Assembly: GCA_038087875.1 (NCBI GenBank)
Contig: JAXLNO010000844.1
Span: 1-64,000, forward strand
Source: Malacoraja senta
Lineage: Eukaryota
Reading direction: 5' to 3'
Length of the DNA stretch: 64,000 nt
Part shown: one piece after another, positions 21,046 through 35,255 of the stretch
Numbering within the stretch: position 1 is the first letter of the stretch
How the letters are laid out: the number at the start of each line of letters is the position of its first letter
Notes under the pieces: model-generated
Database searches by the model: none
What the model saw: only the letters and a program-made list of their open reading frames with translations
What the model was told of the DNA's origin: nothing
Translations under genes and position numbers: made by a program

Positions 21046-23794
21046 TAAATCTTTCTCCCCGTCCCTACCCTTCCACCCCCTCTTCCATCCTCCCGACCAC
21101 CCGAAGTGAAAGCGCCCCCCCCCCACCTCGGTGCTGCGGCTTGTGTGAAACTGCAGCGGGATGAGAGCGACTTCGACAACGCTGTGCTGGAGCGGTTTCT
21201 TCGGGAGCCCAGCGGTGGACGGGCTGGAGGAAAACAAAGCATCAGCGAGGTCGGTGAGCAATTCCGCTCCGGCCACAGTGTTGCACTTTAGTCATATTTG
21301 TCCCGGGGGTAATTGTCTTTTTGTTACGATTTTTTAAAACTATAATTAATTAATTATTAACTATGGTGACAGATGTGGCCCTCCATCCACTCACAGACAT
21401 GGGTCCTGGCTCCTATGCAGAACAAGGATGCTGACCCATGTGTTAAATGTATGTTTTTAGTGTTCTTTAGCTTGTTTTACGTGGGGTGGGGTGTGGGGTT
21501 GGGGGAAACCTTTTCTAATATCTTACCTCGATGGAGATGCGATTTTTTTCTGTATCGTATCTCGGTCCGCACTGCAGCCTAACATCCAGGAGTAGCCGTC
21601 CTTTGGTGGAGGCCGACTTTTGACAGCTCCACCACGGGAGCCTGCGGAGTTACCATCACGCAGCTCACAATCTCTTTGCCAGGGATCGACCTCGGAGCTC
21701 CAACTGTGGGTGCTTGCGGACTTAACATCACGGAGCTCGCGGTCTCTGGTCAGAGACCGACCTCGGGAGCTCCAAGCCGCAGGTGCTTTGACCACCCCAA
21801 CACAGGAGCTTCTATCGCCCTGACACAGGTGCTTCAACTGCCCCGACCGCGGGAGAATAAAAAGAAAGAAGATTGGACTTTTTTGCCTTCCATCACAGTG
21901 AGTAATGTGGGAATCTGCCGTGGTGGATGTTTATGTTAACTTTTATGTCATTGTGTCTTGTTGCTTGTCTTGGGCCAGGGGTGGGATCCAGTACAGGCAA
22001 CGCCAACAACTTTAATGACAATCAAAATAAGAATGCAAGGAAACAACAAGAGATCCAATCAGAACATAGACACAACATGCTGGAGTAACTCGTCGGGAAG
22101 AGAAGGAATGGGTGACATTTTGGGTCGAGACCCTTCTTCAGGCTGATGTCAGGGGAATGGGAGGTCGATAGATAAGGAAGTGTATAGATAAGGACGTGTA
22201 AGATGTGAAAACAGGACAAAGGGAATGGAGATCAAGGAAAATGTAGCAGCAAAGGAAAGAGATAAAGAAGGGAGACTCTCGGAAAAGATTGACAAGGGGG
22301 GAGATCTGCTACATAGTGAGAAGCTGTGGTAAATATATCACCTTTATTTAACAGCAAGCTGCTTCGATAAACAAATAAGTAACAAGCCAACAGATGGTTA
22401 CACTGATAAAGTTATACCAACAAGGGTGTTTGCAGGTTCAAGTGCAACATAAACTCTGGCCTTGAAGTATGATACTGTTTGGTTGGTTTCTGTGTGCGTA
22501 CACAATGAGATTCTTTACAATGTAAATCAGAATATGAAAAACGGAGAAAAAAGTAAAATATATAGATTCATTCTTGTAAAACCTTTCACAACATTTTAAA
22601 AACATTTAGAACCACTGAGTATTTCTTGAAATGTAAACACTATTGAATGAATAAACAGAGAACATTGAGCAGGATCACACAGGGATAAGCCCTAGCATCA
22701 CAACGTCTGTGCTGGCTATGTTGCCTTTACAAACTAATCCCATCTTCCTGCACATTGTCTATCCAGACTGAAGAAGGGCATCGATCCAAAACATCACCCA
22801 GTCCTTCTCTCCTGAGATGCTGCCTTTCCCGCTGAGTTACTCAAGATTTTTGTGTCTACCTTTGGTTTAAACCGGCATCTGCTGTTCCTTTCCACACACC
22901 CCTTCATTTCCTCTCTGTTCACATGTCACGACCCAAGAGAGACAAGAGAAAGCTTCTTTAATGAAATGTCTAATTAAATGTTCCAACAACAGAACAATTA
23001 CATTATTACATGCAGCAGCCTAACAGGCCCATAAACAGAGTATAAATAGATAAACAAGATAATAATAAAAATAAAAAATAAAAGAGCCACTGTGTGGCGC
23101 GACAGTCAAAATCAATTTATTAGTTAACATAAAACATAGAGCAGTACCACATACATGCCTGTTTAAATGCCTTTAAACATTGCTATCATATCTGTTTCCA
23201 CTACTTCCTCTGACAGCAGGCTCCAAGCACCCACCACTCTCTGTGTAAAAAATCATTTAAGATTTTCTCCTCTCTACTCTGTGTCTCTCATAATTATATA
23301 TACTTCCATCAGGTGTCCCCCACCCCCCTCATATTCCAACTCCACAAGAGCAAATGATCTAAGTTTGTCCAACCTGTCCTCACAGCTGACACTCTCAAAC
23401 ACTGCTTTCAATTTTCATTCAAAGGGAAATGTGATGAGCGACAGATGATCTGTGTTCTTCGGTGGCATCAACTGCAAGATAAATATCAATGAGGATTCTG
23501 GGATTAACCTGTATTCCTTAAATAACGTTTTGGGATTATTTTTTAGAGGGCTGAAATATATATCAGTCCATTCAGCCCAGCGAATCCACACCAGTCATTG
23601 ACCATCCGTTCACACCAGTTCAGAGTTATCACATTTATGCATCACATTTTGACTTCACGGAGGCCAATTAAGCAACAAGCCAGCATGTGGTGTACGAGGA
23701 AGCTGGACCACCTGGAGGTAGCCAGCGCAGTCACAGGGGGAAGGTGCAAACTCCACACGGACAGTACTTGAGGGCAGGATCAAGGCCAGGTCAT

Positions 23795-24335
23795 AAGGAA
23801 TGGGTGTAGAATTAGGCCATTCGGCCCATCTAGTTCACTCCACCATTCAATCATTACTGATCTATCTCTCCCTCCTCACCCCAATTCTCCTGCCTTCTCC
23901 CCATAACCTCGGACACTTGTACCAATCAAGAATCTATCTATCTTCGACTTAAAAATATCCAGACGGCCTCCACAGCCTTCTGTGGCAACAAATTCCATGG
24001 ATTTGCCACCCTCTGCCTTAAGAAATTTCTCATCATCTTCCTAAAAGAACGTCCTTTAAATCTGAGGCTATGGCCTCCAGTCCTAGACTCTCTCACTAGT
24101 GGATACATCCTCTCCACATCCACTCTATCCAAACCATTCACTATTCTGTAGGTTTTAATGAGGTCCCCCCTCATTCTTCTAAACTCCAGAGAGTACAGAC
24201 CCAGTGCTAACAAATGTTCATGATAGGTTAATCTACTCATTTCTGGGATCATTGTTGTAAACCTCCTCTGGACCCTCTCCAGAGCCAGGACATCCTTTCT
24301 CAGATATAGTGCCCAAAATTGCTCACAATATTCTC
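23795..24335 (-). mobile_element. CR1/HER1 LINE 3' fragment
   Basis: EYCEQFWALYLRKDVLALERVQRRFT...LYSLEFRRMRGDLI...RTGGHSL. Confidence 0.85.
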
Positions 24336-25809
24336 TAGCACTGAGGGAGCAGCTCTGCCAGTTGTGCCATTGTGCCGGCCTGGTAGTATTTTGTTTTAAC
24401 ATGTGGTTGTAAAATTGCATCACAAACTCTGCAGAACGTCCCGTATAGCACTAGATTCCACTGGTGTTTCTTTGGTGGGATATTGACCCGTGGCTCTCTG
24501 ACTGAGAATGGAGATATGCTGTGGCTGACACCGCATGAAAAAAATGTTTTGCACACAACTCACAGTTACTTCTTGCCTGGGTGGATGGAGCCCGCAGCGG
24601 GGGCTTGGGTCAGTGCCACAAAGGTGTCCGGAGAGGACCCGGCAGCGTTAATGAAAAGGCCAGTGTGGCGGTCGATGATGGCGCCGACCAATGGACGAGA
24701 ACGGACTCGTGGAATTGAGGACGCCGCTGCTGAGGGAAGGAGCAAAGGAGGACCCGGCGTGGGGGACGGAGATTTGTAACTTTGTAAACGCCCTTTATGA
24801 GCAAATATTTCCATACCTTGTGTGTGCAAGCAAAGAATGTCACTGAGACTTGTCACATGTGAGAATAAAGTATTCAATTCAATTCAATCAACAGCCACCT
24901 CTCATAATCTATTGATAACAGGCCTTTTGTTACAAGATGGCATTCTCTGGAAAGGCGTAGGTTATTTAAAAATGTTTTAATCAATTTCTCTGATACAAGT
25001 GCACTGACCTCTTGTTCTGCTTTAGCTGTAAGTAGACACACTCTCTACAATACCTTTCTCACACGACCGAACTTTGAGGATCAGTTTGCACATGGTATGT
25101 TTGAGAGCTATTTCCATTTACCGGGAGACATCACAGCCTAGCCTGAACTAGACTGCATGCTACTCTATAGTTAATGGTGAGATCAAGGCTTTTTGTCTGT
25201 CAGTCTGATATTGATTAGAGTTGAATTCAGGAAACCCAATACCAAACAGCCTTTCACAAGGAAAAGCAAACAAATTGTGGCATTTACTTCAAGAAATACT
25301 CACACTCCCTATTGGACAATGTTAATGAATTCTGCTTTCAAACAATGAGTTCAAACCATGCTAAACAAGTCCAAGGAATTCTTAATGTAAACAAAGGAAC
25401 TGCAGATGCTGGTTTAAGCTGAAGATAGACACAAAATGTTGTAGTAACTCACAGGCACAGGTAGCATCTCTGGATAGAAGGAATGGGTGATGTTTTGGGT
25501 TGAGATCCTTTGGGGAAAAAATCATCATGGCCTATGTGTAAATCGCATGTCAATGAGAATGGAGATGTTGATTGAAATGTGAGTCAGTGGGATTTGGATG
25601 GAAATGTGAATGAACAGAATTTAAAAGTAGTCTATTGGATCTGAACACATCTTGGTCTGAAGTGGGGTCTCGACCCACAATTTCACCCATTCCTTCTCTC
25701 CAGAGATGCTGCCTGTGAGTTACTCCAGCATTTTGTGTCTGTCTTCCGTGTAAACTGGCATCGGCAGTTCCTTCCTACACATTTGGTATGTGAATCAGTA
25801 TTGTCTGAA

Positions 25810-25940
25810 TGGATAATTTTTTGAATGGGTATAAGCTTCAGAATGGTGTTGGTGGGTGCATTTTTGAATGGGGTATGTGATTCAGAATGGTGTGAATGGA
25901 GGAATTTTTGAACGGGGCATGTGATTCAAAATGGTGTGAT
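25810..25940. repeat. Three degenerate ~44-bp tandem units
   Basis: TTTTTGAAYGGG...TTCA(G/A)AATGGTGT repeated three times. Confidence 0.7.
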
Positions 25941-26494
25941 CAAGTTTATCAATGACAGATACATTTATGCAATTAATCTATATTTATCATATTTAATTTT
26001 ATAACATAAATATGAACTTCAAATTGAATTAATTACGTTCCACCCTGTTACTTTATCTTTTAGATAGTTGAGAAGGTATTGAAAGAGTGCCTTGTTCACT
26101 CAAGAACCCAGGCAATAGTGGACAGTTTATCAGCAAACACTTGGCCCAGTGCCTGAGGTGCTCCAGTCACTAAGTGATGGAAATGTATTTGTCATTCCAC
26201 AAGTCTCACATTGTGTAAGAGGTTGGGGCTGGAGCTTCAGCCCAACAGATCAGACAGAAGAGGTACAGGAACAGAGGCAGGGTGAATGTGTGCTTTGTAG
26301 ACTATCAGATACAGAATATTACAGGTCAGGAACTCACCCTTTGGCCCACAATGTATATGCCAAATGTAATGCCAAGATAAACTGACCTAGTCGAATGCAA
26401 ACAGAAATTTTACATTCGATGAACACTTTCACATCATACAACCCATCTCCAATGAAAATTATCTCCTTCCTTCCATGACTTTTAAACATAGAAA

Positions 26495-28110
26495 CATAGA
26501 AACATAGAAAATAGGTGCAGGAGGAGGCCATTCGGCCCTTCGAGCCAGCACCGCCATTCATTATGATCATGGCTGATCGTCCCCTATCAATAACCCATGC
26601 CTGCCTTCTCCCCATATCCCTTGAATCCACTTGCCCCTGGAGCTCTATCTAACTCTCTGTTAAATCCATCCAGTGATTTGGCCTCCACTGCCCTCTGTGG
26701 CAGGGAATTCCATAAATTCACAACTCTCTGGGTGAAAAAGATTTTTCTCACCCGAGTCTTAAATGACCTCCCCTTTATTCTAAGACTGTGGCCCCTGGTT
26801 TAGTTATGGAGTCATAGAGTGATACAGTTTGGGAACAGACCCTTCGGCCCAACTTGTCCACACCGGCCAACGTCCCAGCTACACTAGTCCCACCTGCCTG
26901 CCTTTTGTCCATATCCCTCCAAACCTGTCATATTAATGTACATGTCTAACTGTTTCTTAAACGAGGGGATAGTCCCAGCCTCAATTACCTCCTCTGGGAG
27001 CTTGTTCCATACACCCACCACACTTTGTGTGAAAAAGTTACCCTTCGGATTCCTATTAAATCTTTTCCCATTGACCTTGAAACTATGTCATCTGGTCCTC
27101 GATTCCCCTACTCTGGGCAAAAGACTCTGTGCATCTACCCGAACTATTCCTCTCATGGTTTTGTATACTTCTTACAAGATCACCCCTCATCCTCCTGCGC
27201 TCCAAGGAATAGAGACCCAGCCTACTCAACCTCTCCCTATAACTCACACCCTCTAGTCCTGGCAACATCCTTGTAAATATTTTCTGACCAGTTTCAAGCT
27301 TGACAACATATTTCCTATAACATGGTGCCCAGAACTGAACACAATATTCTAAATGCGGTCTCACCAATGTCTTATACGACTGCAACATGACCTCCCAACT
27401 TCTGTACTCATTATTCTGACTGATGAAGGACAATGTGCCAAAAGCCTTTTTGACCACCTTATCTACCTGTGACTCGACATTTAAGGAACCATATAACCAT
27501 ATAACCATAACAGCACGGAAACAGGCCATCTCGGCCCTTCAAGTCCGTGCCGAACATTAAAAAAAATATATATATTTTTTAAATTTTTATTTATTTATAT
27601 TTAAGTACAACCTTGCACTTGTACTCCTAGATCCCTCTCCTCTCAGCACTCCCCAGAGACAGACCATTTACTGTGTTAGACGTCCCAAAGAGCAACACCT
27701 CACACTTCTCTGTATTAAATTCCATCAACCATTCCTCGGCCCACTGGCCAATCGATCCAGATCCTGCTGCAATCGTTCACAACCATCGTCTACCTGCAAT
27801 TGTTCACAACCATCTTCACTATCTGCAAAACCACTCACTTGTGTATCATCAGCAAACTCGCTAATCTTGGATAATTATATCATCCAAATCAATTATGTAG
27901 ATGACAAACAGTAACGGGCCCAGCACCGAACCCTGAGTCACACCACTAGTCACATGCCTCCAATCAGTGAAGCAACCTTCCACCATCATCCTCTGCTTCC
28001 TTCCATGGAGCCATTTGCTATCCATTCAGCTATCTCTCCTTGGATCTCATGTGATCAAATCTTCCAGAGCAGCCTACCATGCTACCTTTTCAAATACCTT
28101 TCTGAAATCC
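26495..28110 (-). mobile_element. Stacked CR1/HER1 LINE fragments
   Basis: KTLVRPHLEYCVQFWAP...LYSLERRRMRGDL, (GAAACATA)n and (CTATGACT)n tails, and RT-core remnants at 27640-28110. Confidence 0.8.
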
Positions 28111-29269
28111 ATGTACACAACATCTACAGCTCTGTAGAGCTTCCACAGCTCCAGTTGTGCAAAGTCATGGAGAACACATCTCCGGTCAGTCAGCTAATTT
28201 CCATTGTGTTCAGTGTGTTGGACTGAGGGGAAAAAATGGGATTAAAGGATGAGATTCGTTCTCCAGTTGCTGTGATACATTGTAAATGGATCGATTGTAA
28301 TGTGTACGAAGGAACTGCAGATACTGGTTTAAACTGAAGGTAGACATAAAAAAGCTGGAGTAACTCAGCGGGGCAGGCAGCATCTCTGGAGAGAAGAATT
28401 GAAGAAGGGTCTCAACCCGAAACGTCACCCATTCCTTCTCTCCAGAGATGCTGCCTGTCCTGCTGAGTTACTCCAGCTTTTTGTGTCTATCTTCAGATCG
28501 ATTACAATCATGTATTGACTTTCTGCTGACTGGTTAGCACACAACAAAAGCTTTTCACTGTAAACAGCTTTCACTGTTTCACAATAAACTAAACTGAACT
28601 GAGACTATTAATACGTCATACCTGTGCATAAACCTGGGCAAATGAATTTTAAAATCATTCTTGACTATAACCTGCTTATGTATTCAAGTGACAGTGGGTG
28701 CATTGATTCAATGGTTCAATGGTACTTTATTGTCGCATATACCTGGGTTCAGTGAAATTCCTTTTTGCATACAGTTCTGTCAAACATTTACAATACACAA
28801 GGACAATCATACTTTAGTACAAGACCACAGGAAATATAGATTACATTGAGACAATACAAGAGTTACCACATTTCCACTAACATTTTGCATAAATCAAAAC
28901 TCCAAAGTTGTAAACAATGTAGGGATTTAACTTGACCTTATAACCTATTGCTTTGGTGCCAGCACTGGTTTGGAGCTGCAGGGTTTAGCCCACATTATTT
29001 GGTATTAGTGTAAAGTTCACAATATCAGGATTAATCTTGCATGGAACAGACACTGGTCCACGGCCCTAACTTGAATCTGACTTTATGAAATAATTGAGCA
29101 TTGTACACTTGGCCAGACATTCCTTATCAAGATTACTAGAAGCGACAACCTGCCCAGCCAATGTTACCTCAAAGTGACTATGAGTGTGGTGAACATGGAT
29201 TGACTTGCAACGTTTCCTGAAAGATCAGCACACATTGAAATGATAACGCAATCAACTGTTATTCAATGC

Positions 29270-29600
29270 ATAGATTACTTTGCCCAGAGTAGGGGAATCG
29301 AGGACCAGAGGACATAGGTTCACGGTGAAGGCGAAAAGATTTAATAGGTATCCGAGGGGTAACTTTTTCACACAAAGGGTGGTGGGTTTATGGAACAAGC
29401 TGCCAGAGGAGGGAGTTGAGGCTGGGACTATGCTATTGTTTAAGAAACAGTTGGACAGGTACATGGATAGGACAGGTTTGGGTGGATATGGACCAATCGC
29501 AGGCAAGTGGGACCAGTGTAGCTGGGACATTGTTGGCCGGTGTGGGCGAGTTGGGCCGAAGGACCTGTTTCCAAACTGTATCACTCTATGACTCTATGAT
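29270..29600 (+). mobile_element. CR1/HER1 LINE 3' end
   Basis: ESRTRGHRFTVK...FFTQRVVGLWNKLP, tail ctctatgactctatg. Confidence 0.85.
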
Positions 29601-29989
29601 ATTATTAATAAAATTAATTAACGACAATCAAGTAGATTGTTTGAAGCTGTTCCCATTCCTTATGCAGATACCAAGTAACCCAATCAAGGTAAATCAATGT
29701 TAGGTGCCTGGAAAATGTAGAGTACTCACTAATCAAGATCTGGGACTTTAGTGACCTTCCTTCCATTATAAAGTCAAAAGTGATTGTCTGTTGTTGATTG
29801 CACAATGCTCAATTTCATTTCCTCATTTATTCACTGCACCACAAGCTTCAACCAGCGACAAAACACACTGCAGATACGTGTCGTCTAGCCCATCAGAACA
29901 TTCCAAACTCAACATCTCAAGCACAAGAACAACAAGGTCAGCAGATGTGTGAGAACCTGACCTGGGATCCATCCTGACTTAGAATTGAA

Positions 29990-30600
29990 TCACCATTTGT
30001 TCATAATTGAGTTTGGTTTAGAGATATGTCATGCCGGCAGTTCGAAATAAACAGGTCAGGAGAGGGTAGAAGGCCGGCACAGGGGGTCAAAGAGGAGGGG
30101 GAATGTTGGATACGGAGGACGGTATTTTCACTGGGACGTGAGGACTCCTTCCCGTAGAAAAAGGCTCGGAAGCGGAGGCAACTGAAGAAGAGCTCTACAT
30201 CATGGTAAGCCCTGAACTTGTTGAAGTGGGGGGTGTAGGGGTACAAAGGTAAGGCCTCTGTTCAAGACTGACTGGTCTGTATCAGAAGGAAGTCGCGCGG
30301 GGGGGGGGGGGGGGGGAGAAGGATCGCAGAGAGCTCTACCATACATTGTAGGGGCCAACAGTCAATGGCCGAAAACTGGGACTGCAAACCATGTGAGTTG
30401 ATGTATTTGGCCGGCTGGTGGCCGGTGACGAGGCGAGGAGCGGCGGAGTCAATGGGCCCACGAGTGGCTAGAGTACAGGTGAAGGTTGGAGGCAAACATG
30501 GCCTGGAAGCTTTGTGGGCCGATGGTGGCATCGGCAACAGTGTCAGTAGGTCAGGCCTGGAAGCTCCATTAACCATTCTTCAGCCCACTTGTCTCACTGA
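29990..30600 (-). mobile_element. Penelope-like element N-terminal ORF relic
   Basis: PHFNKFRAYHDVELFFSCLRFRAFF...DLFISNCRHDI resembles the PLE N-terminal region. Confidence 0.65.
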
Positions 30601-30649
30601 TCACGATCCAGCTGTAATTTTTGATAACTATGTTCACTGTTTATGATAC

Positions 30650-31450
30650 CAACTATGGCAATGTCATCTGCAAAGTTTCTAATCATGCCGCACATTTTCA
30701 TCTAAGTTGCTCATATAAACCACAATCAGCAATGGGCCGAGCACTGATCCCTGAGGGACACCTCTAGTCACAGGCCTCCTGTGTGAAAAGCAAACTTCCA
30801 CTATCACCCTATGCTTCCTTCCATGAACCTAATTCATTGGTTAGGCAGCTAGTTCTCCCTGAATGCCATGAGCTCTAATCATCAAGGACAGCCTACCATG
30901 CAGAAACTTATCAAAGGCCTTGCTGAAGACCATATGTACAATGTCTATGACCTTATCATCATCAACCTTCTTGGTTACTTTTTCCAAAAAGTACCAGATT
31001 GGTGAGGCATGATCTCCCACGTCCAAAACCACGCTGACCAGCCCCTGTCTCTTCAAATGCATATTTATCTTCTCTCTCTGAATCCTGTCCAGTAACTTAC
31101 CTACCGCAGATTGTAGGCCCACTGATTTATAGTTTCTAGGTTTTGCCCTGTAGTCCTTCTTAAATAGATGCACAACATTTGCCACCCTCCAGTTATCCGG
31201 CACCTCACCCATGTCTAACAATGATTCATATCTCTCAGTCAGGGCGCTTGCAATTTCTTCTCTAGCTCCCCACAATGTCCTCAGATATATGTGATCAGGT
31301 CTGGGTGAATTATCTACTTTCATATTTCTTAGGATGTCCAGCACATCATCGGCCATAACACGGACTGTCCTCCAGACATCTCCATTTCCTGTTGCAAGCT
31401 CCCTCATCTTCAAATCTTTCTCCACAGTAAAAACAGGGGAGAAATACTCA
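30650..31450 (-). mobile_element. CR1 LINE RT N-terminal fragment
   Basis: PDNWRVANVVHLFKK...PRNYKSVGL.SAVGKLL...DFSKAFDK-like motifs. Confidence 0.8.
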
Positions 31451-31549
31451 TTGAAGATCTTGCTTATCTCATGCAGAGATGACAGCTTTTATTTTCTGAG
31501 TGGATTTATTCTTTATCAAGTTACCCTCATCATTTAATATAGGAGTGAA

Positions 31550-31800
31550 GAAGACTGTAAAAACTTGTGAACACTGCCCAGTCCATCACGGGTTCTGACC
31601 TTCCTACCATCGAAGGAAGCTCAAAAAGGCAGCAAGCATCACCAGAGACCCACACCACCCTGGCCACACACTTATTTCACCCCTGCCATAGGGTAGAAGG
31701 TACAGGAGCGTTAAAACTGTAACATCAGGTTCAGCAATAACTTCTACCCTACAGCCTTTAGGCTATTAAACACTACAGCCTTAAACAAGCTCTTAACTAC
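31550..31800 (+). mobile_element. Rex1/Babar LINE 3' fragment
   Basis: VNTAQSITGSDLPTIEG...RDPHHPGH...PCHRVEG; homologous to 47530-47900. Confidence 0.7.
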
Positions 31801-32039
31801 ATAGACTATTATTGTTATTGTTGCACCATTATTGTTTGTTTTTTGTGTGTACATATGAGTGTGTGTGTGTGTGTATATATATATACGAATATGATCTGTA
31901 TATATGTGTATTTGTGAGTATGTGTATATATACACACAGATATTTTTATTTCTTGTTTCTTATATTGTTTACAGTGTACTATGTTTACATATTCTGTTGT
32001 GCTGCTGCAAGTAAGAATGTCATTGTTCTATCTAGGACA

Positions 32040-32580
32040 TCTCTATATAACTAAAAGTCTTTGGCTTGTTTGTGCCCACGATGTGTCTCTGTGTGTGTCA
32101 ATCTGGTTAATTGCTATCTTCTTCCTAATGCTAGGCCACAGCTTTCTCATTTTCACACGTCGTACTCACATTTTTCCCGTGGTGGCGATAAACATCTTCC
32201 CGTCACATTTCCACCTATATTTCCGAAGTTATTAATCGTAAAAAAAATGTAAACAGTCTGATTTCTTCAAACTCTTCCATTTTGGAAACAAAATCCGAGT
32301 GACTTCACAATGCACTCGCAAGGCAGGACAGGGCCACTCCAGGAGGGATGGGCACTCCAGTGCTCCAACCCTCCCTCCCCCCTCCCCACCCCCCTCCAGT
32401 GCACCAATCACGATGGGCTCTCAAGCTGCCGAGTGCCACACCCCCTGCCCCCTGCCCCCTCCCCCCACCGGGTTATTCATGATTAAAGTGTTTTTTTAAG
32501 CCAAACGGGTTGCGTTGGGGGAACGGGTGAGTGCTGGAATATTTCGTTGGGGGAGCAGACCCGATCTGCACTTGGTCTAG
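32040..32580 (+). mobile_element. Non-autonomous Helitron
   Basis: A|TCTCTATATAACTAAAAG 5' end; 3' hairpin GCAGA-cccga-TCTGC then CTAG|T; inserted in an AT dinucleotide with no TSD. Confidence 0.65.
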
Positions 32581-33899
32581 TATGACAATAAAACAATATT
32601 GACTCTTGAATGTACATAAAGTATCTTTGGATTCTTCTTTGCCAGAGTTGACAACAAAATTGATAAGTATATTAGGTAATGATAATTGTTGTCTAAGATT
32701 ACAAAATAATGTTGATCAACCGGAAAGGTATGGAGGTGAGGGGATGGGAGGTGAGGGAGGGAAGGAATGCCAGTTGAAATCTAACTCAAACAAGTGTGAT
32801 TTGATGCATTTTGGGAAGTCAAATCATGACTGGCCAAATCTATTGCAGGATTGTAAATGGAGCTGTACCTTGGTGTACAATTACATAGTTCCCTGAAAAT
32901 GGCATCATAGTTTGATAGGGAAGTGAAGGGAATATATGTCTGAAGAATCGCCTCGACCCAAAACGTCACCCATTCCTTCTCTCCAGAAATATTGCCGCTG
33001 AGTCTCTCTAGCTTTTTGTGTCTATCTTCGGTTTAAATTAGCATCTGCTGTTCATTCCTACGCAGAGTATATGTTATGCCTTGTTTCCTCAGCCATGGTA
33101 CTGAGGACTAGGGTTGGGGTGTCATGTTACAGTTGTACAGAATGTTGAACAGGCAACCATTAATCTGTCCAGGGGCTCAGCTGATTTGTTGCACAATAGA
33201 CTCTAATCCAAGGTCTGAACTCTGAAAAGAAAATCAAGAAATTCAAGTTGCCACTCATCCATGGACTGAATAACAAAACACATCTTTGTTTTGCTTATCT
33301 GGCTTGAGAACTCTTAACATTGATCTATTTTCCTTCATAGTGTAGTCCATTTATAAACTGGCCATCCCCAGACATCCTGTGTCCACACTGTTTCCCAAGG
33401 GCACCTCACCTATTTTCAGCTCTGCTCTCAACAAGTATCAATCACATTATCCCTCTCTCTATCTATCATCTCTCTCCATCTCACTATATATATCTCTCTC
33501 TATCTCCCTACCTCTCTCCATCTATTTATCTCTCCATCTCTCATCCCTCAGCTCTATCTCTCTTTCCTTCATCTCTTTCATTTCTGCAAATTGAAATCAT
33601 TAATCAGTCTGAGAGCACTGTGTGTGACTGAATGACATCAGAGCATCAGTCCCTGAGGCATACCACTGGTCACAGGCTTCCTATGTAAAAAAACAACCCT
33701 GCACTACCATTCTCTGACTCCTACCACCAAGCCAACTTTGTGTCCAATTGACTAGCTCACCCTGGATCCCATGTTTTCCAACCTAATGGACCAGCCACCC
33801 ATGTGGGACCTTGCAGAAGGATGGCATGGTGGCATAGTCGTAAGGCTACTGCTTTACAGTGCCAGAGATCTGGGTTCAATCCTGACTACAAGTGCTTTT

Positions 33900-35255
33900 C
33901 TGGCATCCTCCTGGCAAACGACTCAGGTAATTATGTGGTTCTTGTCTTGCTGGACCTATCTGCCGCCTTCGATACAGTGGACCATGGAATATTCATTTCC
34001 AGACTACAGCACCAAGTGGGCATTTGTGGCAGTGCCCTGGAATGGTTCAGGTCCTATCTGGCAGATAGAACCATGCGTGTAAGCCTTGCTGGCTTTGAAT
34101 CCTCCTCCACTCCCTTGGTATATGGGGTTCCACAGGGCTCAATTTTAGGGCCCCTGCTCTTCTCCTTATACCTACTTCCTCTGGGCTCAATTTTAAGAAG
34201 GCATGGCATCTCCTTTCACTTTTATGCAGATGATAGCCAGTTATATATGCCACTCAGGAAAGAAGAAGACTATTCTCTAAAATCACTTCTGTCTTGTCTT
34301 GAGGACATTAAGTCCTGGATGGCCTTAAACTTTCTGGGACTTAATGAAGAGAAGACAGAGGTGATTTTGTTTGGCCCCAATGGCTGCCGTGAACCTCCCT
34401 TTGTTGATTTGGGTCCACTGGCATTGTCTGTAAAGCCAACCGTCTTGAACCTGGGTTTTAGGATGGACGGTGATTTTAAACTAGACAAACAAATAGGCGC
34501 GGTGGTTAAGTCCAGCTTCTTTCACCTAAGGAAGCTGGCAAAGGTGAAGCCCATTCTCGAGCGGGAGCATTTTGAAACAGTAATCCATGCCTTTATTACA
34601 TCTAGGCTGGATTACTGTAACGCATTGGAGTCGCACGAGCTTCATTGGCTCGCCTCCAGCTTGTTCAAAATGCTGCCGCTCGCCTTTTGACTGGAACTCG
34701 AAAGAGGGAGCACATTACGCCAATTTTGGCCTCCCTACACTGGCTCCCAGTGCACTTTCGAGTTCATTTCAAAATTATTTTATTTGTTTTTAAATCCTTG
34801 AATGGGCTCGCCCCGCCTTACCTCTCTGAGCTGCTCCACCTATATGCTCCTGCCCGGTGCCTCAGGTCAGCTGATCAGCTGCTCCTTGAGGTACCAAGGT
34901 CTAAGCGGAAGCTCAGAGGGGATAGAGCTTTTTCTGTTGCTGCTCCGGCACTCTGGAACACCTTGCCGCTGCACATCAGACAGGCCCCCTCACTGTCCAT
35001 CTTCAAATCCTCCCTAAAAACATATTTTTATTCTTTGGCTTTCGACACTGGCTGAGGCATTGCCCCTGTTTTTAGTGCTTTTAATGTCTTTTAATTTTTA
35101 GTGTGTTTTTTATAGTCCTTCGTTTTACGGTTTGTAATGGTTTTTAATTGTTTGTAATAGCTTTTTGTTCGTGATTTCTCATGTACAGCACTTTGTGGCA
35201 ACTGTGGTTGTTTAAAGTGCTTTATAAATAAAGTTATTATAAAGTTATTATTATT
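33900..35255 (+). mobile_element. 5'-truncated L2 LINE (RT C-half plus 3' UTR) inserted into an HE1 SINE (head 33826-33899, body 35256-35490)
   Basis: LDLSAAFDTVDH, GVPQGSILGP, YADDSQLY, SRLDYCN, LQLVQNAAARLL, LHWLPV. One frameshift near 34625; (TTA)n tail. Confidence 0.92.
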
